Positions 8,932 through 16,970 of a stretch of 64,000 nucleotides of DNA are shown piece after piece; the stretch's first letter is position 1; the number at the start of each line of letters is the position of its first letter. Under the pieces are notes generated by a model. That model did not search any database and was not told the origin of the DNA. It saw nothing but the letters and a program-made list of their open reading frames with translations. Source of the stretch: an uncultured Acidobacteriota bacterium (GTDB lineage Bacteria; Acidobacteriota; Terriglobia; Acidiferrales; UBA7541); NCBI GenBank assembly GCA_963842425.1, contig CAWJGQ010000007.1:370486-434485 (forward strand), read 5' to 3'. The translations under genes were made by a program, and so were the position numbers.

Positions 8932-9997
8932 TCAAGCTGTTTGTGGTTTCAGATGTTGGGCGTCGAAGCACACTCCTCTCTTCCACACGATCAGAACGAT
9001 GGTGGCAATCTTCCTGGCCAGAGTCAGCCGCGCCATTTCCGGCCGCATGCCCTTGGCCACCAATGCCGCATAGAACTCCGCGAAGGGACCGGGCTTGGTC
9101 GCGGCGACGATCGCTGCTCCCTTGAAGAGATTTTTCAGATCATGATTGTAGTTTCTGTTCAGCCCGCGAATCTCGACGTGCTTCTTCCGTTCCAGCTGTC
9201 CTTTCACAACATGGTGATCCGCGCTGCTGCTGGTCTCGATGCCGACACCGCCATAGGTCCATAGTTGCCGCTTGGTGCGGAACCGATGCGGGGTCTGTAG
9301 AATGCCCAGCAGCACAGCGGCCCGGATCGGACCGATCGAGGGGATCTGGCAGAGCCGTTTCCAGGCCGGGTGCTTTTTGCTCTCCACCAGCAGATCCCGC
9401 CGCACCTCTTGGCGCAGACATCGCAGCGCATCCAGCTGCTGGTAGTAAAACTCCGCTCGCCGGCGCACTCCTGGTTCATTGATTTTCGCCAGCCACGCGG
9501 CACGATGGCGCGGTGCATAGACCTGCTTGCCACTACAGGGGATGGCCCAACTCCGATAGAGGGCCTTCACCCGGGTCATCACCCGGCTGAGATCTTGGGT
9601 GATGGTGAGATAACTGCGCACCAGTTCCTTCAGGCTTCGCAGGCCGTGTTCACCGTGATAGACGGAGCTGAGATGATTCAGCCGCAGCAACTCGGCCAAC
9701 CGGCGGGCGTCGATCTTGTCACTCTGGTTGCCTTCCCTCATGGAGGCATTCTTTCGCGGATCGCACACCACCAATTTCGTGACGTGTGGTTTCAGCAGGT
9801 CGTACAACCAGGCGGCCCAGGTTCCTTCTTCAAACGTGACCTGCAAGTCTCCGCGCAGCCCGTCGATAAACTGCAGAATCATGCTGGCTTTCGTCTCGAT
9901 CACGCATTCCATCACGATCTTTCCGGCAGTCATTCCTGACCGCAATCGAAATGCTTTCCTTGTGCACGTCCATGCCGATATATTTGGCGCTGGTCAT
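8932..9997 (-). pseudogene. IS110 family transposase, disrupted by a 1-nt insertion near 9929
   Basis: 1066 nt versus 1065 nt for the intact copy 12506..13570. The N-terminal MTSAKYIGMDVHKESISIAVRNDAG (first DEDD Asp) is out of frame, so the ORF track only recovers 8932..9945. Confidence 0.85.
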
Positions 9998-10128
9998 AAA
10001 GGGCGTTCCTTTCTGGAGGGGTTGAGGCGAACACTCAAAACCCTACTCCAAAAGGGGCGCCCTTTTATATTGCGTCGGATAACCGGTAACTTGGGTACCG
10101 GAACCAACTCTTCCGGTTAACGCGCTTT

Positions 10129-10491
10129 TCAGGCACGTCGGATGAGTGCAATACCAACGAGCCCAGCCAGAGCAATTGCTAACTCAACCCACGCGATCAC
10201 CACAACCAGCTGCATCGCCTTCAACGGGCCTTGGTTGTCTAACGGGTTCTTGATATTCCAAAGCCATCGAGCCATGAGGATCGAGACCAGCGCAAACCCG
10301 CCAGCGCATGAACGGACGATGTAATCCAAGGTGAAATCAGCGTCGTGCACAGGACGCGGAACCAGTGACAGTAGCCAAGAAACAATTAGAGTCAATGTTC
10401 CGATCACGTAGACCAGCCAAAACATGAGCCGCCATAAGCCCGTCGGATCAATCAATTCCGGTTTATCGGTTTCAGATTCCTGTGTCGTCAT
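10129..10491 (-). CDS. Hypothetical membrane protein
   Basis: 120 aa with several predicted TM helices. Sits between IS-A copy 1 and IS-B. No recognisable family. Confidence 0.5.
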   Translation of the reverse strand: MTTQESETDKPELIDPTGLWRLMFWLVYVIGTLTLIVSWLLSLVPRPVHDADFTLDYIVRSCAGGFALVSILMARWLWNIKNPLDNQGPLKAMQLVVVIAWVELAIALAGLVGIALIRRA

Positions 10492-10557
10492 GGCGGACGC
10501 GTTCCTGCGATCTTTTCGAGATTATGCCACGGAACACGGTTAAGTCCTGATTAGTTC

Positions 10558-12070
10558 TGATATGGAATGACCTGTCAACAACGAGCAATTGTTTTCTTCT
10601 TTTTTCTTTCTCTTAGAAGGCAGCGCGGGTCGTGGTCGAGGTAGTTTTCGCGACGGTTGATCACTCTGATATTCGCGGGTCGAAACCGCATAATCGTGAT
10701 CCGTCGGGAGCTGCCTCGGACTATAAGCGCGGATTCGGTCCGAAGACCTACCGCATAGAACTTTCGAGGATTCTCCTTTCCGTGTACCCCTCGACCACTA
10801 CCCACGCTGCCTCCTTCGAGCTTCTTCAGAACAAATTCACTCTAAGCCGCACGCTGCAGAGGTTCTTTGTGCGTTGTTTCTGCTTTGATCCCGATGGCCC
10901 AGATAAAACCCAGCAACTCGCGTCCTACCGCCGCCATCACAACTCCCTTGTTCTTGCCCTTGCCCAGCAACTTTCGATAACGCTCATGCAACCGATGTTG
11001 TGCTTTCCAAGAGATCTCTTTGACCCCTTCACTGACATGCGCTTGCCGCTTCCGCAACTTTGCTCCCACGGCCGGTCGGTGCCGGTAGGCCCACGCAGCT
11101 TCCACAACCACCCGCCGTAAATGCGCATTCCCTGTCTTAGTGATATTCCCGCGTCGGCTGCGCTCTCCACTGGAGTCTTCGCTGGGTACGATTCCTCCGT
11201 AAGCCATTAACTGTTTTGCTCTGGCAAACCGAGACAGTTCCCCCACTTCGGCTACGACTGTCACCGCCGAGACCTGTGCGATCCCTCGTAGTGCCTGCAA
11301 TGCCTCGATCACTGCACGCATCTGGGGCGGCACACTCTTCACCGCTTCTGTAATCGCACTCTCCAGCCGCGCGATGCGTGCTGCACCATGCTCCACCTCA
11401 TGAAGGTAATCCAGCAACGTGGCTTCCTGGGCCATTTGCTCGAAATGTACTTCTCGCTTCACCCACTCCAGGTACTTCATCGTCCAGGCCTTTACTCCCG
11501 TCGCCGGCCGCCGGCCATGCCGCAATAGAAATTTACTCAACCGATGCCGTGCTCGAAGTTCATCCTGCTTGGCCGCTTCCCGAGCCCGCACCAAATCCCG
11601 CAATGCCTCGTGAGCCGCATCCGGCACCCATACCGCCGTCAACTCTCCTGCCCGATAATTCCTCGCTAGTTTCAAGGCATCCCGCCGATCCGTTTTCACA
11701 CGATCCCCGGCTTTCACCGGCACCAAGGTGGGCGCCACCACCTCGCACTTGGCCCCCATCCGAGTCAATTGCCAGTACAGCACGTAGCCTGTCGGACCCG
11801 CCTCATAACAAAACTGCAGCTCTTCCACCGCCCCGAGTTTCTTCACCAGTTTCCGAATCGATTCTTCGCGATTCGGTATTACCCCCAGCGATCTAATCTC
11901 CCCGCCCTGCTCCGCTACAGCCACCGAAATCGTCTCGGCATGGACATCCAACCCAACAAACTTTATTCTCTTCATCGACCGGCTCCTTTCGCTTGTGGCT
12001 CTGTACTGCCTGTCTTCCGATTCGCAGCATAACCCACGTCTGCGAATCGAGCCGGTCATTCCATTATGAC
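10558..12070 (-). mobile_element. IS110-family element 'IS-B' (different from IS-A), inserted at the flank/IS-A copy 2 junction
   Basis: Bounded by CT on both sides (gttCT|gatatgg ... attatgaCT|ataaaggg). Subterminal inverted repeats atggaatgacc (10562-10572) and ggtcattccat (12054-12064). 283 nt are noncoding 3' of the transposase. Boundaries are ambiguous by 1-2 nt. Confidence 0.75.
10842..11975 (-). CDS. IS110 family transposase (IS-B)
   Basis: Start set at MKRIKFVGLDVH (ATG 11975). DEDD-type motifs (GLDVH, YEAGPTGY, KTDRRDALKLA) and a C-terminal IS116/IS110/IS902 domain (GIVPSEDSSGERSRRGNITKTGNAHLR). Confidence 0.9.
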   Translation of the reverse strand: MKRIKFVGLDVHAETISVAVAEQGGEIRSLGVIPNREESIRKLVKKLGAVEELQFCYEAGPTGYVLYWQLTRMGAKCEVVAPTLVPVKAGDRVKTDRRDALKLARNYRAGELTAVWVPDAAHEALRDLVRAREAAKQDELRARHRLSKFLLRHGRRPATGVKAWTMKYLEWVKREVHFEQMAQEATLLDYLHEVEHGAARIARLESAITEAVKSVPPQMRAVIEALQALRGIAQVSAVTVVAEVGELSRFARAKQLMAYGGIVPSEDSSGERSRRGNITKTGNAHLRRVVVEAAWAYRHRPAVGAKLRKRQAHVSEGVKEISWKAQHRLHERYRKLLGKGKNKGVVMAAVGRELLGFIWAIGIKAETTHKEPLQRAA

Positions 12071-12505
12071 TATAAAGGGAGGAGTCAAGAAAAAACACTT
12101 CTCCACTGGCCGGAAGTTTTCTTGCTTCTCAGCCCCCTTGGATGAGCAGGATCTGTTCTGACCGCCCGCGCCAGGTGCTCGGTTGCTGGACCCTTTGGTC
12201 CAACGATGTGGAGTTCTTCTCTCAGCGATTTTCATCGCCTATTCGCAACGAAGCCGATCTGTTCCGAAACCAGCAAAGCAGAACGTTGGTCGTTTAGTGT
12301 CAACCATGGTTCTATCCGGGACTCGTGGCCCATAGCTTTTTCTGGTTATCCGAGAGGGCCTAGGGTCGCATGGGAGACTCGGTGCCCGAAGCACGCAGCG
12401 CCTAACTAATCAGCTGAGACTCGCTCTCGAACCAGAATGTCTCGAGAACCTGCCGGCCACCGCCCGAGAAGATCCCCGGGATGGAGCGGACTCGCTCAGA
12501 GACAC
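12071..12505 (-). ncRNA. Candidate guide RNA region of IS-A copy 2
   Basis: Same segments as copy 1 (aactaatcag, ggttatccga). The left flank 10547-10556 matches 10/10. The right flank tcggattatc (13648-13657) matches 8/10. Confidence 0.3.
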
Positions 12506-13570
12506 TCAAGCTGTTTGTGGTTTCAGATGTTGGGCGTCGAAGCACACTCCTCTCTTCCACACGATCAGAACGATGGTGGCAATCTTCCTGGCCAGGGTCA
12601 GCCGCGCCATTTCCGGCCGCATGCCCTTGGCCACCAATGCCGCGTAGAACTCCGCGAAGGGACCGGGCTTGGTCGCGGCGACGATCGCTGCTCCCTTGAA
12701 GAGATTTTTCAGATCATGATTGTAGTTTCTGTTCAGCCCGCGAATCTCGACGTGCTTCTTCCGTTCCAGCTGTCCTTTCACAACATGGTGATCCGCGCTG
12801 CTGCTGGTCTCGATGCCGACACCGCCATAGGTCCATAGTTGCCGCTTGGTGCGGAACCGATGCGGGGTCTGTAGAATGCCCAGCAGCACAGCGGCCCGGA
12901 TCGGACCGATCGAGGGGATTCCGCAGAGCCGTTTCCAGGCCGGGTGCTTCTTGCTCTCCACCAGCAGATCCCGCCGCACCTCTTGGCGCAGACATCGCAG
13001 CGCATCCAGCTGCTGGTAGTAAAACTCCGCTCGCCGGCGCACTCCTGGTTCATTGATTTTCGCCAGCCACGCGGCACGATGGCGCGGTGCATAGACCTGC
13101 TTGCCACTACAGGGGATGGCCCAACTCCGATAGAGGGCCTTCACCCGGGTCATCACCCGGCTGAGATCTTGGGTGATGGTCAGATAACTGCGCACCAGTT
13201 CCTTCAGGCTTCGCAGGCCGTGTTCACCGTGATAGACGGAGCTGAGATGATTCAGCCGCAGCAACTCGGCCAACCGGCGGGCGTCGATCTTGTCACTCTG
13301 GTTGCCTTCCCTCATGGAGGCATTCTTTCGCGGATCGCACACCACCAATTTCGTGACGTGTGGTTTCAGCAGGTCGTACAACCAGGCGGCCCAGGTTCCT
13401 TCTTCAAACGTGACCTGCAAGTCTCCGCGCAGCCCGTCGATAAACTGCAGAATCATGCTGGCTTTCGTCTCGATCACGCATTCCATCACGATCTTTCCTG
13501 CATCATTCCTCACCGCAATCGAAATGCTTTCCTTGTGCACGTCCATGCCGATATATTTGGCGCTGGTCAT
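12506..13570 (-). CDS. IS110 family transposase (IS-A, intact)
   Basis: 354 aa with MTSAKYIGMDVHK..., EEGTWAAW, NQSDKIDARRLAELL and the C-terminal domain ...GVGIETSSSADHH... Confidence 0.9.
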   Translation of the reverse strand: MTSAKYIGMDVHKESISIAVRNDAGKIVMECVIETKASMILQFIDGLRGDLQVTFEEGTWAAWLYDLLKPHVTKLVVCDPRKNASMREGNQSDKIDARRLAELLRLNHLSSVYHGEHGLRSLKELVRSYLTITQDLSRVMTRVKALYRSWAIPCSGKQVYAPRHRAAWLAKINEPGVRRRAEFYYQQLDALRCLRQEVRRDLLVESKKHPAWKRLCGIPSIGPIRAAVLLGILQTPHRFRTKRQLWTYGGVGIETSSSADHHVVKGQLERKKHVEIRGLNRNYNHDLKNLFKGAAIVAATKPGPFAEFYAALVAKGMRPEMARLTLARKIATIVLIVWKRGVCFDAQHLKPQTA

Positions 13571-13739
13571 AAAGGGCGTTCCTTTCTGGAGGGGTTGAGC
13601 CGCACACTCAAAACCCTACTCCAAAAGGGGCGCCCTTTTATATTGCGTCGGATTATCGGACAAGTGGGTACTGGTCCCAATACGTCCGGCTAACGTGTTT
13701 ACTAAGAGTTAGACGGGTGGCCCAAATTCTACCGTTTAA

Positions 13740-13900
13740 GTTCTTGGGGCGCCCCATACTTTGCGCAGCAAAGGGTGGGGATTTTCCCCGCTCCTCGCTC
13801 CCTTGGCGCGCCGTAGTCCGCTCGCTTGGCACGCCGTAGTTCGCTCCTGCGGACGAAGGCGGCAGCGAACGTAGGCGGCTCATCAAAAAGTCCACAGGCG
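13740..13900. repeat. Cluster of short GC-rich palindromes/hairpins plus a 23-nt tandem duplication (REP-like dispersed repeat material)
   Basis: ggggcgcccc (13746-13755), ctttgcgcagcaaag (13759-13773), ggggattttcccc (13777-13789). Tandem units cttggcgcgccgtagtccgctcg / cttggcacgccgtagttcgctcc (13802-13847, 20/23 identical). Confidence 0.6.
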
Positions 13901-14485
13901 CCGCTTGACAACTCCGAGCCTCCTCCCTGCTAGCGTGAGTCGGGGCGCAGTTTGGCCCGGAAAGGAAGACAAATGGACACGCGCTCCGCTTCGAGGTCAG
14001 AGATGGCGAATCACGGTGGTAGCTCCGCCGCGACATTTGCATGCCCACATTCCGGGCCGCGAGAATATACCGTCACCCCGGAGCTGATGAAATATTCAAC
14101 CTTGCCTTGCCAGATGGCGTTTTTACTCGACACTGCGTGCCGAGTAGAAAGAGATGCAAATGATTGAAAACACGCAACCGCGACCATCGCTACCCGTCAC
14201 TGGAACAGATGATAGGGCTCCCAGGGCGACGGTTAGTCGAGCCTGGGAGATCAGTCGTGTGCCACTACGCGATCACGAGTCCGCAACGGCTCAGCCCGGG
14301 ACCAAAAGAAGTGACACACCATGCAAAGTAAAAAAGGGGCTAAAGCGTTGAAAACAAACGATGGAGTACCCAATAAAGTGACACACAAATCACCGCGCCG
14401 TGTGTGCCTTGTAGGGCGGGGTTTGAACCCCGCCGAAAACGACGCACTTGCGCTCCTACCTTCCGCACCGTCCCGGCCTTTCGCG

Positions 14486-14749
14486 TCAAATGCGAACTTG
14501 CCTGGGCGGATCGGCTATCGTTTCTTCGGGCTTGCCCTTCGTCACGCGATCTATTTCGCCGCGAGCCTCTTGCAGCGCGTTTTCGTCGGCCAGGTCCTTC
14601 GTCGCGAATTCCGCCTTTCCCGGATGGGTCGTGCGAGTTCTAATTCCGTCCGGGTGCAAGATCAATGTGTAATCGCACTTCCATTGGTCATGCGCCTGTT
14701 GATGACTCTCCAATTCAATTTCCACGCCTTTGTGAATAGATTGAATCAT
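14486..14749 (-). CDS. Small hypothetical protein (87 aa)
   Basis: Start moved to ATG 14749 (MIQSIHKGVEIE...), preceded by the RBS gaggag. No recognisable family. Confidence 0.5.
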   Translation of the reverse strand: MIQSIHKGVEIELESHQQAHDQWKCDYTLILHPDGIRTRTTHPGKAEFATKDLADENALQEARGEIDRVTKGKPEETIADPPRQVRI

Positions 14750-14899
14750 TCTAGTTCTCCTCGTTATGAAATGGCCGTTGACCTGAGGCCGATGGGACGA
14801 CAGAACGGAATCGTGGGTCTTCCGGTCGCCAGCAAGAAGCAGGATGCCACGCGCGCGCAATGGGTACTGTGCCATTCAGCACAGCGCCGCCCCGAGGCG

Positions 14900-15454
14900 C
14901 TATATCTTCGGCAGAACGATTCCTTGCTGCGACTGATACTTTCCCTTTTTGTCTTTGTAGGAGACTTCGCACTGCTCGTCGGATTCGAAGAAGACGACCT
15001 GCGCGAGTCCTTCGTTGGCGTAGATTTTGGCGGGAAGAGGCGTGGTGTTGCTGATCTCGAGCGTGACAAAGCCTTCCCACTCGGGCTCGAACGGCGTCAC
15101 GTTAACGATGATGCCGCAGCGCGCATAAGTCGATTTTCCGACGCACAGCGTGAGCACGTTGCGCGGGATGCGGAAAAATTCCACGGATCGCGCGAGCGCA
15201 AACGAATTCGGCGGCACGATGCACACGTCGCCCCGGAACTCGACGAACGAATTCGGGTCGAAATGTTTCGGGTCCACGATCGTGGAATTCACGTTGGTGA
15301 AGATGCGGAATTCCTCGGCGACGCGCATGTCGTAGCCATAGGAGGAGACGCCGTAGCTGATCACGCCGTCGCGCACCTGGCGGTCCTCGAACGGCTCAAT
15401 CATTCCGTGCTCGCGCGCCATTTTTCGAATCCACTTGTCCGACTTCACCGACAT
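14900..15454 (-). CDS. dcd: dCTP deaminase
   Basis: Start at ATG 15454 ([13 protein letters not shown]...) after aaggagga. Motifs SSYGYDMRV and [24 protein letters not shown] are typical of Dcd. Confidence 0.9.
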   Translation of the reverse strand: MSVKSDKWIRKMAREHGMIEPFEDRQVRDGVISYGVSSYGYDMRVAEEFRIFTNVNSTIVDPKHFDPNSFVEFRGDVCIVPPNSFALARSVEFFRIPRNVLTLCVGKSTYARCGIIVNVTPFEPEWEGFVTLEISNTTPLPAKIYANEGLAQVVFFESDEQCEVSYKDKKGKYQSQQGIVLPKI

Positions 15455-15566
15455 TGCATCCTCCTTGAAGAGCGCGCAGTGTATTACAGGGCGTCGTGCT
15501 TGACAACCCGCAAACCCCTGTCTAGCATAGGTTTCCGGCCTGAGCAGGCGATTCCCGGAGGCATTC

Positions 15567-15869
15567 GTGATTAAGCTCGACATCGTAAACGCTATCGTTC
15601 AGAAAACGAATATTACCCGCACGAAGGCCGAGCAGGCGGTTGAGACCGTTTTCGAGGCCATGAAAAATTCGCTTGGCCGCGGACGCCGCATCGAATTGCG
15701 CCGCTTCGGCGTCTTCAACGTGAAGCCGCGCAAGACCGGCATCGGGCGCAACCCGCGCACCGGCCAGCAGGTGAACATCCCGCCGGGCAAAGCCGTGCGT
15801 TTCAAGCCAGGCAAGGAACTCCAGTCGCTTCCAACCCCTGCGGCCACATCACCTGCGGCAAAGTCCTGA
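15567..15869 (+). CDS. Integration host factor / HU family DNA-binding protein
   Basis: 100 aa. ...[41 protein letters not shown] is the HU/IHF beta-arm signature. GTG start. Confidence 0.85.
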   Translation: MIKLDIVNAIVQKTNITRTKAEQAVETVFEAMKNSLGRGRRIELRRFGVFNVKPRKTGIGRNPRTGQQVNIPPGKAVRFKPGKELQSLPTPAATSPAAKS

Positions 15870-15963
15870 AATTTGGCGCGGCGTCGCGCGATCGTTTTCC
15901 AAACGCGCATCGGGTTCCCGCGGCGCCGCATCCAATTTCTAGCAACCGTATGAGCGCACGCAC

Positions 15964-16950
15964 ATGAGCGACGGCAGCGGCTACACCCGGACGCCGGTCG
16001 AAATCCTCGACATCCATTCGCCGCCGTCCGCGGAATTTCCTCCGCCGCGGCCCCCGCGCGACGCGCTGTGGCCCGCGCTGATTCTTTTTCTGCTCACCGT
16101 GGTTTCCACGCTCGCGGTGGGCGCGGAGTTCGGACTTTCGTACGCACAGAACCGCGAGCCGTTTTCCGGCTACCAGGATCCGTTCGCGCTGATGCTGCTG
16201 CCGTTCCAGCACCCGGCGCTGCTCGTGCTCGGGATTCCGTTCTCGTTCACGCTGCTCTTGATTCTGTTCACGCACGAGATGGGACATTACGTCGCGTGCC
16301 GGATTTACGGCATTGACGCCAGCTATCCGTATTTCATTCCCGCGCCGACACTTTTCGGCACGTTCGGCGCGTTCATTCGGATTCGTTCGCCGATCACGAC
16401 GCGGCGCGCGCTCTTTGACGTAGGTCTCGCGGGACCTGTCGCGGGATTCCTGGTCGCGCTACCCGCGCTCGCGTACGGAGTGGCGACTTCGAGAATCGTG
16501 CCGGGCGCGGAGGCAAGCTCCGCGGTTGTCTTCGGGCATCCGCCGCTGACACGAATGCTCAGCGCGCTATTTCATCCGAATATTGACGTGACCTGGCTGC
16601 TGCTGAATCCTGTGGGGCGCGCCGCGGCCATTGGGCTGTTGGTGACGGCGCTGAATCTGCTGCCGGCGTGGCAGCTGGATGGCGGGCACATCATGTACAG
16701 CCTGACCAGCGCGAGGCATGGGCGCGTTTCGCTCATCGTGTCGCTCGGATTGATCGGACTCGGAATTGTGGCGTGGCGCGGGTGGGCGACGTGGGGAATT
16801 ATCCTGCTGATTCTCTCGCTGCGGTTTCGCCATCCGCCGGTCTACGATCAGTGGCAGCCGCTCGATCCGGCGCGGCGCGCATGGGCATTCGGCGCGCTGG
16901 TGATTTTTCTGCTGTGCTTCACTCCGTGGCCAGTCACGCTGCAGCAGTAG
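15964..16950 (+). CDS. Site-2 protease family (peptidase M50) membrane protein
   Basis: HEMGHY zinc motif in a polytopic membrane protein, with a second motif region NLLPAWQLDGGH. Confidence 0.85.
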   Translation: MSDGSGYTRTPVEILDIHSPPSAEFPPPRPPRDALWPALILFLLTVVSTLAVGAEFGLSYAQNREPFSGYQDPFALMLLPFQHPALLVLGIPFSFTLLLILFTHEMGHYVACRIYGIDASYPYFIPAPTLFGTFGAFIRIRSPITTRRALFDVGLAGPVAGFLVALPALAYGVATSRIVPGAEASSAVVFGHPPLTRMLSALFHPNIDVTWLLLNPVGRAAAIGLLVTALNLLPAWQLDGGHIMYSLTSARHGRVSLIVSLGLIGLGIVAWRGWATWGIILLILSLRFRHPPVYDQWQPLDPARRAWAFGALVIFLLCFTPWPVTLQQ

Positions 16951-16970
16951 TTCGCGCTTCCAAATCCCTC

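Larger units (their letters stand above)
8497..10070 (-). mobile_element. IS110-family element 'IS-A', copy 1 (IS1111-like layout, with the long noncoding arm 3' of the transposase); transposase frameshifted
   Basis: About 99.3 percent identical to 12071-13643. Terminal imperfect inverted repeats tataaaggg / cccttttata. Identity to copy 2 drops to about 65 percent outside these limits. An alternative, more generous right limit is about 10119. Confidence 0.75.
12071..13643 (-). mobile_element. IS110-family element 'IS-A', copy 2 (intact transposase)
   Basis: Collinear with 8497-10070 (offset 3574/3573), with about 11 substitutions and 1 indel. Its left flank motif taagtcctgattagttc is displaced to 10541-10557 by IS-B. 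Confidence 0.8.

Noticed and set aside
13828-13846. TGGCAC-N5 sequence resembling a sigma-54 -24 element
   Set aside because: The -12 position reads agttc instead of TTGC(A/T), and it lies inside the tandem repeat with no downstream gene.
14410-14440. GGCGGGG-TTCAAA-CCCCGCC (minus strand) resembling a tRNA T-arm, which could be a tRNA gene or an att site
   Set aside because: The stem is 7 bp with a 6-nt loop rather than 5 bp with 7 nt. No matching acceptor-stem 5' half (cttgtag) lies within 100 nt upstream, and I could not build D or anticodon arms.
14433-14470. gccgaaaacgacgcacttgcgctc reads A-E-N-D-A-L-A-L, reminiscent of a tmRNA tag
   Set aside because: No stop codon follows the tag-like peptide, because the frame runs on for hundreds of codons. 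There is also no tRNA-like domain or pseudoknot context.
14321-15574. 417-aa ORF on the + strand
   Set aside because: It is antisense to dcd and to the small gene at 14486..14749. Its composition is Arg/Ala/Leu-rich and low in complexity, and it has no motif. dcd on the other strand is unambiguous, so this is a high-GC shadow ORF.
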